DNA of 64,000 bases from positions 48,818-112,817 of the forward strand of contig CAYFRL010000001.1 in NCBI GenBank assembly GCA_964345595.1. Reading direction: 5' to 3'. The notes under the pieces are model-generated. The model did no database searches. It was not told the DNA's origin and saw only the letters and a program-made list of their open reading frames with translations. How positions within the stretch are numbered: the stretch's first letter is position 1; each line of letters opens with the position of its first letter. Shown one piece after another: positions 30,233-40,272 of this stretch. A program made the translations under genes and the position numbers. This stretch comes from an uncultured Actinomyces sp. Its GTDB lineage: Bacteria > Actinomycetota > Actinomycetes > Actinomycetales > Actinomycetaceae.

Positions 30233-31695
30233 GTTTGCTCACCCGGTTCCACGTGTGAGTTATCTCTGCCCTCAAGATATTTCTTGACCGAGGTCGCAAA
30301 GGCCCGCCCACGCTCAGCGTAATTCGGAAACTGATCCCAGGAAGCGCACGCAGGCGCCAATATGACAGTGTCCCCCGGACACGCAAGCTTTCCTGCTTCA
30401 GCCGCAACGATGTCCATGAGTGCCCCCGCCTCCCCCACATCTCTCACCTCAACTATGGGGGTTTGCGGACGGTGATTATAGAGGGCACGCCGCAAAGGGG
30501 CCCGATCTTTCCCGATCAGTATGACTGCACGAAGCTTCTGTGCCACTCTCGAGACCAGCTCGTCAAACTCTTGTCCTTTGGCGTCGCCACCCGCAACCCA
30601 AACGACGCTCCCATCCTCAAGGTCTGCAAGCGCTGCCGCAGCGGCATGTGCGTTCGTTGCTTTCGAATCGTTCACCCACCTAACTCCGCCTGCAGAGCCA
30701 ACCAGCGCGCCACGGTGGTCCTCTGGCGCGAAACTGGAAAGGCCGGATTGAATGGCGTCATGATCGGCGCCGTGAACAAGTGCCAGGGCAACGGCGGCTA
30801 AAATATCTTCCCGAAGAGATCGCGGACAGCCCCGTTCCGTATAGAACGGCACTTGGTTGAGGTCGGCTACGGTCCTGGCCGGTTCAACCCGCCGATCCAC
30901 AATCCAACCATCACTCACCCCAAGTTCGCCGGTTCCGGGGGTACCGGTTGTGAGAGGGAACAGTTCCGATCCTTCTGCGTCAGATGCGTCTTCCGCGAGC
31001 TTTCGCACTTGCGCGTCTGAGCTGAAATAGCAGCGCGCGCGGATAGTTCCGTCGTAGACGCGTCCCTTGGCAGCGGCATATTCGGACAGCGAACCATGCC
31101 AATCGAGGTGGTCGGCCTCTATATTCAGGCAGATTGCAGCTTCGGGCTCGAGCGAAAAAGTGTAGGCAAGTTGGAAAGAGGAGACTTCGACGGCGAACAC
31201 GTCTGCTGAGCCCATGGCCTGAGAGGAGATGGGCAGCCCAACGTTGCCCACCTGAGCCACGTCTTCACCTGCCGCTTGTAGGATCGACGAGAGCAGGCCA
31301 ACCGTGGTGGTCTTCCCGTTTGTTCCCGTGATGAGTAGCCACGGCCGGCCCGCCGCTGGGCCAACCTGTTGTATGTTCCAAGCGAACTCGACTTCTGACC
31401 ACACCGGGATTCCCGCAGCAATTATGCCGCGCAGGAGCTGCGAACTTGGGGGGATCCCTGGCGAAGTTACGACGATGTCCGGCTGCCAATCGATTACAGA
31501 TGCGGCGAGAGCGGACCCGTTCTGGTCGTGAACTACTTCAAAACCGACAAGCGGGCGACTGTCAGGGCCGGGTGCCTGATCAAAGACTCTAACGTTAGAG
31601 CCGAGTTCCTGTGCGGCCAGCGCCGCTGCCCGTCCCGAAACCCCGGCACCAAGGACCGCGATACGATCCGATATCACGAGCTGGTTGCCACCCAC
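30229..31695 (-). CDS. murD: UDP-N-acetylmuramoylalanine--D-glutamate ligase
   Basis: 488 aa; Rossmann N-terminus AVLGAGVSG and P-loop GTNGKTTT. Confidence 0.9.
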   Translation of the reverse strand: MGGNQLVISDRIAVLGAGVSGRAAALAAQELGSNVRVFDQAPGPDSRPLVGFEVVHDQNGSALAASVIDWQPDIVVTSPGIPPSSQLLRGIIAAGIPVWSEVEFAWNIQQVGPAAGRPWLLITGTNGKTTTVGLLSSILQAAGEDVAQVGNVGLPISSQAMGSADVFAVEVSSFQLAYTFSLEPEAAICLNIEADHLDWHGSLSEYAAAKGRVYDGTIRARCYFSSDAQVRKLAEDASDAEGSELFPLTTGTPGTGELGVSDGWIVDRRVEPARTVADLNQVPFYTERGCPRSLREDILAAVALALVHGADHDAIQSGLSSFAPEDHRGALVGSAGGVRWVNDSKATNAHAAAAALADLEDGSVVWVAGGDAKGQEFDELVSRVAQKLRAVILIGKDRAPLRRALYNHRPQTPIVEVRDVGEAGALMDIVAAEAGKLACPGDTVILAPACASWDQFPNYAERGRAFATSVKKYLEGRDNSHVEPGEQT

Positions 31696-32762
31696 TCACC
31701 ATAAAAGATGCCTACGCCGATCAGTGCGAAAAGGCCGGCGACTATCCAGAAGCGTATGACGATCGTGACCTCGTTCCAACCGGCTAGTTCAAAGTGGTGA
31801 TGAAGGGGCGCCATGCGGAACACGCGCTTTCCGGTTTTCTTGAAGACAACAATTTGGATCACATCCGACATGGTGATCGCAAAGAACAGCCCTCCGATGA
31901 TCACCGCCAGGAACTCTGTGTTCGTGAAGATGGACAATCCCGCGAACGCGCCGCCTAAGGCCAGGGCCCCGGTGTCTCCCATAAAGATCTGTGCCGGCGA
32001 GGCATTCCACCAGAGGAAGCCGATCAGAGAGCCTACAACCGCTGCGGAGAATATCGCCAAGCCGAGAGGGTCTCTTGTCTCATAGCAACCGACCGACTCA
32101 GAGAGCACACGCGAACACGAGTGGCTGAACTGCCAAAATGCGATCATCGTGTACCCGGTGAACACAGCGATGGATGCGCCGGTCGCCAGCCCGTCTAAAC
32201 CGTCGGTCAGGTTCACCGCGTTGGACCAGGCGGTAACCAGCAGGTTCACCCAAAGAACATAAAGGATTGTTCCTGCGATGACGCCGAAGAACGCGAAAGA
32301 CAACGTGGAAGGGCGAACGAAGGAGATACTCAAGTTAGCGGGGGTGATGCCCCACCGGTTGGGGTGGAGCAAAGCCAAGATCGCGAAACCGGAGCCGATG
32401 AAGAGTTGGCCAATTATCTTCCCAATCGGGTTCAGCCCCAGACTTCTATGTCTGGAGATTTTGATGAAATCGTCAAGAAACCCGATCAATCCAAGCCCGA
32501 GGAGCAGGCCGGCGAGCAAGAGGCTTGAGTAGTCCGGTAGGGACCCCAGAGAAAGGAAGCCTGACAGCCAACCGATCACAATCGCGAAGATGAAGACGAC
32601 GCCGCCCATGGTGGGCGTGCCTCGCTTAGTAAAGTGCCCCGTGGGACCGTCCTGCCTGATGAACTGGCCGTATTCCTTCTTGATCAGCAATCGGATGAAC
32701 AGCGGGGTCAGCAGCAAGCTGAGAAGCATCGCCACCCCGAACGCGGCTATTACTCCGATCAC
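31674..32762 (-). CDS. mraY: Phospho-N-acetylmuramoyl-pentapeptide transferase
   Basis: 362 aa polytopic protein; GFLDDFIK, NAVNLTDGLDGLA and HHHFE motifs. Confidence 0.93.
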   Translation of the reverse strand: MIGVIAAFGVAMLLSLLLTPLFIRLLIKKEYGQFIRQDGPTGHFTKRGTPTMGGVVFIFAIVIGWLSGFLSLGSLPDYSSLLLAGLLLGLGLIGFLDDFIKISRHRSLGLNPIGKIIGQLFIGSGFAILALLHPNRWGITPANLSISFVRPSTLSFAFFGVIAGTILYVLWVNLLVTAWSNAVNLTDGLDGLATGASIAVFTGYTMIAFWQFSHSCSRVLSESVGCYETRDPLGLAIFSAAVVGSLIGFLWWNASPAQIFMGDTGALALGGAFAGLSIFTNTEFLAVIIGGLFFAITMSDVIQIVVFKKTGKRVFRMAPLHHHFELAGWNEVTIVIRFWIVAGLFALIGVGIFYGEWVATSS

Positions 32763-32781
32763 AGGCGTTCCTCCGTAGCAC

Positions 32782-34191
32782 TCACTTGGTGTCGTCTTGG
32801 CCCAGGAGCAGAGCGTCTGCTACTTGCCAGACACCGGACCCGTAGGACCCCTTCAAGAATACGGTATCGCCTGACTCGATCATGTGAGGCAGTAAGCTAG
32901 TGGCGCGTTCGGCGTCAGCGGCTAGCTCTGACGACTCAAGCCCAGCCACTTCAAGAATGGTGGCCGCGCCCTGTCCGACACCGATCAAAGCAGCCGGCGC
33001 AGCATCTTTCACATAGCGCCCGGCCTGAGCGTGCAACTCTTCGGATGCTTCGCCCAGCTCCAGCATTTCTCCGATAACTGCAACAAGGCGACCGGTGCCC
33101 GCGATCTGTCTGGCGGCCCGCAGTCCGGATGCGAGTGAATCAGGGTTCGCATTGTAGGAATCATCAATTACGGTCAAGTTCTGCGCGCCTTCCCATTCCA
33201 CATCCTTCCTCACGTCCATGCGATGTGGCGAAGCTGCGTAGATCTGACCGAGCTCCCTCGCCACTTCCTGCACACTCATGCCTGTTGCCAAGGCGGCGCC
33301 AGCAGCAGCTAGGGCGTTTGCGACCTGGTGAGCGCCGGACAGTCTCAATTGGATCGGTATACCAGCGGGTTGCTCCGGCCAGCACAGCCGAAAGCTGGGC
33401 CTGCCGCCTTCATCAACAACGACCGATTCGGCCCACAGATCAGCATCCTTATTTCCAACTGCGCTGAAGAACACCACCTCACCCGGGGCAACCCCACCCA
33501 TCGCAGCTACTCGCGGGTCGTCCAGGTTGAGCACTGCCGCGCCGCTGGGGAGCAGGCCTTCAACAAGTTCCTGTTTCGACTTTGCAAGTATTTCAACTGA
33601 TCCGAAGCCCCCTAAATGGGCCTGCCCGACCAATAATTCAACAGCTATGTCGAGGGGCGCAATCTGCGTGAGATAGCCGATGTGGCCGGGTCCAGATGCT
33701 CCCATCTCAAGAACCAAGAACCGGGTGTCCTGGTCCGCCCGCAATATCGTAAGCGGGCAGCCGACCTCGTTGTTGAACGAGGCGACCGGCCGCACAGTCG
33801 GGGCCACCGAACTCAGAATCTGGCCGAGCAGATCCTTCGTCGTGGTCTTGCCAGCAGATCCCGTGATGCCAGCAACAGTAATCTCGCCACTTGCGCGCAG
33901 ATCCTCCAGGTGGGCGCGCGCCAGGTCGCCCAGAGCGATGGTCGCATCCGGAACCAAGATCTGAGTGATCGGCACATCCAGTTCGCGTTCGCATATGACA
34001 CAAACCGCCCCGTTCGCGACCGCGTCCGATGCGAAATTGTGGCCGTCAGCCTGTTCCCCACGGCGAGCAACATACACGGACCCCGGAACACACTCGCGGG
34101 AATCGGTTTGCACGCTGCCCGCGACACTCACTTCAGTACCCACCAAGGTGCCCCTTACGGCACCGGTGAGCCAGGTCGTTGTGCGCTCCAT
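32782..34191 (-). CDS. murF: UDP-MurNAc-tripeptide--D-alanyl-D-alanine ligase
   Basis: 469 aa; GITGSAGKTTTKD P-loop and the MurF-typical SFNNEVGCPLT motif. Confidence 0.9.
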   Translation of the reverse strand: MERTTTWLTGAVRGTLVGTEVSVAGSVQTDSRECVPGSVYVARRGEQADGHNFASDAVANGAVCVICERELDVPITQILVPDATIALGDLARAHLEDLRASGEITVAGITGSAGKTTTKDLLGQILSSVAPTVRPVASFNNEVGCPLTILRADQDTRFLVLEMGASGPGHIGYLTQIAPLDIAVELLVGQAHLGGFGSVEILAKSKQELVEGLLPSGAAVLNLDDPRVAAMGGVAPGEVVFFSAVGNKDADLWAESVVVDEGGRPSFRLCWPEQPAGIPIQLRLSGAHQVANALAAAGAALATGMSVQEVARELGQIYAASPHRMDVRKDVEWEGAQNLTVIDDSYNANPDSLASGLRAARQIAGTGRLVAVIGEMLELGEASEELHAQAGRYVKDAAPAALIGVGQGAATILEVAGLESSELAADAERATSLLPHMIESGDTVFLKGSYGSGVWQVADALLLGQDDTK

Positions 34192-34283
34192 CTGTCTCCT
34201 CGCTCAGCGGACTCTGGTTCACATTACCAAGTTGGTGCGAACCGAGGTACTCGCGGCCTTCTGTCAAAGATCACGTTCAGGGA

Positions 34284-36062
34284 TTACGGCTGCGCCGGGT
34301 ATAGCTCCGCCGGTGTGCTGGAGCCCGGAATGCCTCGGATGGTAACTGCGGAGGTCGCCACTTCTTTGAATAGTGGAGCAGCCGAATCTGAGGAGAGCAC
34401 GCCTGAGCGAGGATTATAGAGAACCACAGAAATCGCTAACTGAGGATTCTCTGCGGGGATTACGCCCGCAACGTTCGCGACCGTGCCGCCGTTCGGCAGT
34501 TCTGACGTCCCAGTCTTGATTGCCAGCCGGTACCCGTCCACGGCAGCTAGCAATCCTGTCCCATGCTCGCTATCAGTGCTCACTCCTTCCATCATTGTGA
34601 GTAGGATGCGAGCAGTTTCCTCCCGAATAGCCTGCCTGGGCTCCGCTGGCTCAGAAGCTTCGTAAGTGCCGTCGGCGCGCGTGATGCCTTCGACGAGTCG
34701 GGGTCCCTGCCAGACTCCACCGTTACCGATTGCAGCCATGATCGCCGCCTGCTGCACCGGGGTCATCGCGTAGCGTTGACCGAACATCGTGGTATAGACA
34801 TCACGACCCAGCCACTCTTCAGGTGGCGCTAGGATTCCCGGAGATTCCCCAGGAATTTCCACGCCTGTCGGTTTTCCAAGGCCAAGGGCGACCATGGTTT
34901 GATATCTGGATTCCGGGCTGACCGTCTCACCCACCTGGACAGCCCCGGTATTTGAGGATTCCGTGATTATTCCAGCGACCGTACGCAGATATGTCTCGTG
35001 CTCCGTGATGTCGGTAATGACCTCGCCATCAGCGGTTTCATACTTATCCGGAATCGTGAACACCGTGTCTGGGCCTACGGCGCCTTCCTCCAAGGCTGTC
35101 GCAACGGTCAGGATCTTGCCGACCGACCCCGGCTCCACGACCCACTGGGCCGCACGAGAAGCCTGCGGCCCTTCGTCAGCCGGCTGCAGGTTTGAATCAG
35201 CCAACACAAGAACATGGGACGTCGCCACATCGAGAATGACGACAGTGCCCCAATCGGCGCTGTAACGCTTCACGGCTTCGTCCAACTGCTTTTGTACCGT
35301 GTCCTGCAGGTCGGAATCCAAGGTGGTGTGGACAGTGCCGCCTGCGCGGGGCTCTTTGGATTCAACTTTCGCCCCTGGGATAACCTCACCCGTGGGTCCG
35401 ATCTCGAAGGATTCTTCGCCCGGAATGCCCGTCAGTTGGCGATCGTAAAGGAGCTCCAGCCCGCCGTTGCCGATTCCATTTGAGTCGACGCTGCCGACCA
35501 CTGAAGCGGCCGTATTGCCTGACGGATAGACCCGCTGATAGACCGGTTCCCATTCGACACCGTAGATACCGAGCCGTCGGATTTCTCTGAACGTGTCACC
35601 GTCAACATTCTTCTTCACGTAGACGTAAGTGCTGTCGCCTAGCATTTTACCGCCGAGCTCGGCCTCGTCCATCTTGAGCAGAGGTGCCAGAAGGTGCGCT
35701 GCCTCTTGCGGTCCTCTTCCGACGACGCGGCCGTCGTCATCCAAGTGTTGCCACTCGAGGATGTTCCTCTGGTTGATGGCGATATGGTAAGTCTCGATCG
35801 AGTCAACCAGAGTCTGTCCTGACTCATCGACGATCTTTCCTCTTGGCGCTCGCAACTCGGTAGCAGATGTGCGAACTTTTCGTCCCTGCTCTGCCAGCGC
35901 AGGGCCTCGAATTATCTGAATCGAGAACAACTGCACAGCGCACACTGCCAGCACCACGGCAGTCGCGACTCCAAACCACTTGGAACGGCGCTGCGCGAAA
36001 CGTTCCGTCGCCTGGTTGTGGCCATCGGCGTGGCCGTCTAGGTTTTTCGACCTGCCTCTCAT
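34284..36062 (-). CDS. ftsI: Class B penicillin-binding protein FtsI
   Basis: 592 aa; N-terminal TM, dimerisation domain, transpeptidase motifs SVGK, SSN and KTGT. Confidence 0.88.
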   Translation of the reverse strand: MRGRSKNLDGHADGHNQATERFAQRRSKWFGVATAVVLAVCAVQLFSIQIIRGPALAEQGRKVRTSATELRAPRGKIVDESGQTLVDSIETYHIAINQRNILEWQHLDDDGRVVGRGPQEAAHLLAPLLKMDEAELGGKMLGDSTYVYVKKNVDGDTFREIRRLGIYGVEWEPVYQRVYPSGNTAASVVGSVDSNGIGNGGLELLYDRQLTGIPGEESFEIGPTGEVIPGAKVESKEPRAGGTVHTTLDSDLQDTVQKQLDEAVKRYSADWGTVVILDVATSHVLVLADSNLQPADEGPQASRAAQWVVEPGSVGKILTVATALEEGAVGPDTVFTIPDKYETADGEVITDITEHETYLRTVAGIITESSNTGAVQVGETVSPESRYQTMVALGLGKPTGVEIPGESPGILAPPEEWLGRDVYTTMFGQRYAMTPVQQAAIMAAIGNGGVWQGPRLVEGITRADGTYEASEPAEPRQAIREETARILLTMMEGVSTDSEHGTGLLAAVDGYRLAIKTGTSELPNGGTVANVAGVIPAENPQLAISVVLYNPRSGVLSSDSAAPLFKEVATSAVTIRGIPGSSTPAELYPAQP

Positions 36063-36499
36063 TTGGCCGCTACCCCACCATCAACCGTTCCGGACTCAAT
36101 CGAAATCACTCCGATTGGACCAGCAGGAACCAATCCGATCCGTTCCGCCTCACTGCGCAGATGGTCTGTGGAATTTGCAGCGAGCAGTTTCGCTTCCAGC
36201 GTCTCAATGCGCGCCTGCGTACTCGCTGTCTCGATTCGCAGATCTCTGATCTCATACGATAATGACGCCATCGCCGTATTGAGCACCAAAGGAAGCACAA
36301 CCGTCGCAAGAAACAGAACGACAGCGGCGATCAGGACGGGCACAAGCGCCTGACGCAGATGGCCTTTAGTTCCTTCAATGACGCGCAAATGCGAATCAGT
36401 GGATACAGAGCTATCGGGCACCTCTGCGTTCGGGAACGCGGCATCCTGGTCTATTGCGTACTGACGAACCTGCCTGGCAACGCTCATTTTCTGCTCCAA
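36059..36499 (-). CDS. FtsL-like septal membrane protein
   Basis: 146 aa, single TM (VLIAAVVLFLATVVLPLVL) followed by a short coiled region; sits between rsmH and ftsI. Called from position only. Confidence 0.55.
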   Translation of the reverse strand: MEQKMSVARQVRQYAIDQDAAFPNAEVPDSSVSTDSHLRVIEGTKGHLRQALVPVLIAAVVLFLATVVLPLVLNTAMASLSYEIRDLRIETASTQARIETLEAKLLAANSTDHLRSEAERIGLVPAGPIGVISIESGTVDGGVAAK

Positions 36500-37470
36500 G
36501 GTGCGATGAGTTCAACGGCACGTAGCCGAACGGACTTTGAACGAGGATTACGAAGCGCCTCCGCCTCGTCTGCCTGAACGGCGCCTTTCACTAGGGCGCG
36601 AAGTCGGGGCCTATCCTCTTCCGGGATGAAGGGCAGCTCGGGAGGAGCGGTATCGTTGAGCCCGGCCTGCAAAGTCTTTTTGACGATCCGGTCTTCCAAC
36701 GAGTGATAGGACTCCACCAGAAGCCTGCCGCCGATCCGAAGGCTTGCTAAAGACGCTGGGATGGCTCGTTCAAGAATGGCCAGCTCGTCGTTTACTGCGA
36801 TACGCAGCGCCTGGAAAGTCCTTTTGGCAGGATTCCCCCCTTTGCGCCTGGCAGCAGCTGGGATTGCCTCTTTTACCAGGGCGGAAAGTTCTGCTGTCGT
36901 CGCCAGCGGTTTGCGCTCACGTTGGCGGACGATTCGATCAGCCACGCGAGAGGCAAAACGCTCTTCCCCATAGTCGCGAAGTATTCTGGTGAGTTCGGCA
37001 GCGGAAGCACTATTGAGTATTTCCGCTGCGGTTGGTCCGCGACTTTGGTCCATTCGCATGTCCAGTTCGGCATCGCGCGCATACGAGAAACCCCGACTTG
37101 GGTCATCAAGTTGCAGGGAAGACACTCCAAGGTCTAGCAAAATGGCATCGACTTTTCCTTGGCGGCCATATTCGCGCGCAACGGATTCCACCTGGTCGTA
37201 CTCGCCATGAAAAGGAATGAACCGGGTGCCAAATCGAGCTAAACGCTCACCAGCAATCTCAAGAGCCTCTTCGTCCCGGTCAATCCCAACAACTGTCACC
37301 GCTGGTAGCTCTTCTAGGAAAGCCTCTGCGTGACCCCCCATTCCCAAGGTGCCATCTATGAGAACCGACCCTTCATCCATGAGCGCTGGCGAAAGAAGGG
37401 ACACGCATGTGTCACGCAGCACCGGCGTGTGAAGCGCCGCGGCTTTCGACCTTGCTGACTCTTGAGTCAT
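36484..37470 (-). CDS. rsmH: 16S rRNA (cytosine1402-N4)-methyltransferase RsmH/MraW
   Basis: 328 aa; HTPVL, DGTLGMGGH and DLGVSS motifs. Confidence 0.93.
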   Translation of the reverse strand: MTQESARSKAAALHTPVLRDTCVSLLSPALMDEGSVLIDGTLGMGGHAEAFLEELPAVTVVGIDRDEEALEIAGERLARFGTRFIPFHGEYDQVESVAREYGRQGKVDAILLDLGVSSLQLDDPSRGFSYARDAELDMRMDQSRGPTAAEILNSASAAELTRILRDYGEERFASRVADRIVRQRERKPLATTAELSALVKEAIPAAARRKGGNPAKRTFQALRIAVNDELAILERAIPASLASLRIGGRLLVESYHSLEDRIVKKTLQAGLNDTAPPELPFIPEEDRPRLRALVKGAVQADEAEALRNPRSKSVRLRAVELIAPWSRK

Positions 37471-37657
37471 GTTCTTCCTAACGAGCTGTGTGGCGTTATG
37501 CCCGGTTCAATCGGGACCTTGCTATTGCAGTTGTGTTTTCTCCGTTTCCCTCTGCTTGGAAATCTCGCCTCCGTTGGCTAATCCCCGCCCGCTGCCCTGG
37601 TTTCGGGGAAGTGAAATCAGGACATCGGAAGGAGACAACCCACCGGGGTGAGGGGCA

Positions 37658-38089
37658 TCAGAACATGTCTGGAATCACCTCGTCCTCAGTCGAGGCAAAT
37701 TCTTCTTCTTGGGAGGTGAGGTACTGTTGCCAGGCTTCGGTATCCCATATCTCAGCGCGGCTGCCCACTCCGATCACCGTCAGGTCACGAGCCAGACCTG
37801 CGTAGTCCCGTAAGGCAATCGGGATTGTGACCCTTCCTTGGCGGTCAGGTGTTTCGTCGGACGCGCCGGACAGCATTAGCCTGGTGTAGTCCCGGGCCTG
37901 TTTCGAGGTGAGAGGGGCTTGCCTGATTTTCTTGTAGAGTTCCTGGAATTCTTCCGCGGGAAACACATATAGGCAGCGCTCTTGACCCCTGGTAATGACG
38001 AGTCCCTCAGCTAGCTGATCTCTGTATTTTGCGGGCAGAATGAGCCTGCCCTTCTCGTCCAACTTGGGTTCGTAAGTGCCGAGAAACAT
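37658..38089 (-). CDS. mraZ: Transcriptional regulator MraZ
   Basis: [23 protein letters not shown]..., two SpoVT/AbrB-like halves. ATG at 38089 follows GGGGGTG; the ORF track starts 4 codons earlier at a TTG. Confidence 0.9.
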   Translation of the reverse strand: MFLGTYEPKLDEKGRLILPAKYRDQLAEGLVITRGQERCLYVFPAEEFQELYKKIRQAPLTSKQARDYTRLMLSGASDETPDRQGRVTIPIALRDYAGLARDLTVIGVGSRAEIWDTEAWQQYLTSQEEEFASTEDEVIPDMF

Positions 38090-38130
38090 GCTCACCCCCA
38101 AAAGAACCGTCCAGCCACACCCTTGCTACT

Positions 38131-38157
38131 ACACTTTACTCCACTTTGCTCCACTTC
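38131..38157 (-). promoter_or_regulatory. Probable MraZ operator (three phased direct repeats)
   Basis: Minus strand: GAAGTGG-AGC-AAAGTGG-AGT-AAAGTGT with exact 10-bp phasing, 42-68 nt upstream of the mraZ ATG and just downstream of a TATACT -10-like hexamer (38179-38174). Confidence 0.6.
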
Positions 38158-38499
38158 CAACCCCTTAGCAAGGAGTATACGCGTAATCTGCGGTCAATCG
38201 ACATAAAAACGGCGTGTTTTCACCACGAACCAGAAGGTGCCATGGTGGAGGGAAAATTCTTGAGGGTGCTTAAGAGACTGCAAAGCGAACGGCAAAAGGG
38301 GCAACGCGGCCACGATGCTGCGCTGCCTGGAAAGCTGTCTGGAAAAACGGAACTGACTGAAAAACCGATCAGAGTGGCGAGAAGACGTCGCCAACTCTAC
38401 GAACCGCTGGTGGCAATGGTGGATACTCAATCAAATCAAGCACGCCTAACACACTGCCTGTTCGCGCCGGAGTTCAACTGTTGATGGGCTGCGCTTGGC

Positions 38500-38895
38500 T
38501 CAGCGGCCCCCGCCGCGCTCTTCCCACTTGGAGCGCTGCCTGGACATAAAGTCGCCTTTTCCTTTGCGGTTTCCCTTTTTCCGAGAGGATCCCTGAGCTG
38601 GATCGGTCTTCACGGCCAGTAGTACTCCACCTACCATGAGAACGAAACCCAGCACGCCCAGTAACGCGGCCGCCCAACCAAAGCCTAGAGACACGCCGCC
38701 CAGCACAATCGCTAGACCGCCGATCCCAATGATTGAACCTAGAGCGACACGCCTGGGTGAAAGAGAACCGGAGCGTTCAAGCTCTGGTTCCTCCGGAAGT
38801 GACGATGTCATCACGGACGCAAGGGAAGGATCAGCTTCCTTTAGCTGAGCTTCCATCTGCGCAAGGACCTGCTTCTCATACTCTGAAAGAGCCAT
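38500..38895 (-). CDS. DUF3040 family membrane protein
   Basis: 131 aa; N-terminal MALSEYEKQVLAQMEAQL motif and two C-terminal TM segments; typical neighbour of mraZ in actinobacteria. Confidence 0.7.
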   Translation of the reverse strand: MALSEYEKQVLAQMEAQLKEADPSLASVMTSSLPEEPELERSGSLSPRRVALGSIIGIGGLAIVLGGVSLGFGWAAALLGVLGFVLMVGGVLLAVKTDPAQGSSRKKGNRKGKGDFMSRQRSKWEERGGGR

Positions 38896-38954
38896 GGTAA
38901 CCTCCTTGATCGCGGGTAGTTCAGCCTTGCCCTTTCCATTCTAGTCTGGATTTT

Positions 38955-40205
38955 TTAAATTCTCCCCTGCCGTTTATCGGGCGAACTTAAGGACGTTCGA
39001 TCGATTAGGGTGGCGGGCCTTAAAATGTTGTCGCCGAATCGTTTATGCACCTCATCCATGGCAAGCTCCGTTGCGCGAGGGCGCGCGTCGTCATCAAGCG
39101 AAGCCTGTATCCCGCGATCATGGCCTTGCAGGCCCGTCACACCGACTCCAGCCAGGCGCACCCCACCCCGGCCGATCGATTCCCTTCCAAAAAGCCCGAC
39201 AACTGCTGCAGCAATTTCACGCGCCACGTCCGTTGGGTTACTAAGCGTTTGCGCCCGCGTGATGGTTTGAAAGGACGCGTCGCGCAGCTTCAGCTGTACC
39301 GTCCACGCAAGAAGGCCGCTTGACCTGAGCCGGGCGGCACACTCGTGGGACGCGGCCAACAAATAGCGCTCAATTTCTTTACGGTCCGTCAAATTGGTAG
39401 AGAAAGTCTTTTCGGTGGAGATAGATTTTTCCGCTGGCCGAGCCATGACCTTGCGCCTATCGTTCCCCCAGGAAGTCTGCAGCAGCTCATACGCCAGTGC
39501 CGGTCCAACAATTCGAGCCAGTTCCATTTGACTCTTGTGAGCGAGCTGGGAGACTTCCAAGATGCCCCACTCTGCCAGCGCTACCTGCGTTTTGCGTCCA
39601 ACACCTGGCAACACGCCAACCGGTAAGGACTGGAGGAACTCGACCGTACGACTGGCGGGCACCAGGAGTATCCCATCCGGTTTTGCATGAGATGAGGCGA
39701 TCTTTGCGACGGTTTTCGACCGACCTATCCCAACAGAAGCGGGCAACCGAAGCTTTCGCCGGATGTCGTGCCTGATCAGCTGGGCAATCTTTACCGGAGG
39801 ACCCAACCTGCGCCGCGCCCCTTCAACATCCAAGTAGGCCTCGTCAATGCTAATCGGTTCGAAATCTGCACTTATCTGCGACAGAATTTCCATGACCTCT
39901 TGCGAATACTGCTTGTACAGTGAGCGGCGTCCGGGGAGTATCACCGCCCCTGGAGCCAAGGGGCGTGCTCTAGACATTGGCATTCCCGCGTGGATGCCAA
40001 GGTCGCGTAGGTCATATGTGCATGAGGTGACTACACCCCGATCCGACAGGCCGCCAACCATGACTGGACGCCCTGCCAGAGTCGGATCGTCGGCGATTTC
40101 GACCGAAGCAAAGAAGCTGTCCATGTCTACGTGCAAGATATTGGCCGCAGAATCATCGGAGCCCCAGTCGCGCGCGGCCCGCGCTGACCTTGGACTGACC
40201 GACAT
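38955..40205 (-). CDS. dinB: DNA polymerase IV (Y-family)
   Basis: 416 aa; HVDMDSFFASVE catalytic motif, SIDEAYLDV, little-finger region. Confidence 0.9.
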   Translation of the reverse strand: MSVSPRSARAARDWGSDDSAANILHVDMDSFFASVEIADDPTLAGRPVMVGGLSDRGVVTSCTYDLRDLGIHAGMPMSRARPLAPGAVILPGRRSLYKQYSQEVMEILSQISADFEPISIDEAYLDVEGARRRLGPPVKIAQLIRHDIRRKLRLPASVGIGRSKTVAKIASSHAKPDGILLVPASRTVEFLQSLPVGVLPGVGRKTQVALAEWGILEVSQLAHKSQMELARIVGPALAYELLQTSWGNDRRKVMARPAEKSISTEKTFSTNLTDRKEIERYLLAASHECAARLRSSGLLAWTVQLKLRDASFQTITRAQTLSNPTDVAREIAAAVVGLFGRESIGRGGVRLAGVGVTGLQGHDRGIQASLDDDARPRATELAMDEVHKRFGDNILRPATLIDRTSLSSPDKRQGRI

Positions 40206-40272
40206 CTTGGCTCCCCCAACGTCTAGTAAGATGCGCCAGCACGCCGAATCAGGCAGCCGCTAAGCTTGAACT

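Noticed and set aside
38146-38484. 112-aa plus-strand ORF filling the ~400-nt DUF3040-mraZ intergenic region
   Set aside because: It has no Shine-Dalgarno sequence, no recognisable domain and Arg/Lys-rich low-complexity content. It runs antisense through the mraZ promoter and MraZ repeats. The region is more plausibly the dcw promoter/5' UTR. An sRNA cannot be excluded but nothing in the sequence supports one.
40206-40272. SOS box or RecA-NDp motif upstream of dinB
   Set aside because: The only GAAC (40268-40271) is followed by TGTG-TGTG rather than N4-GTTC, and no TGTCRGTG-N8-TAnnnT match exists. There is no sequence evidence for damage regulation of dinB here.
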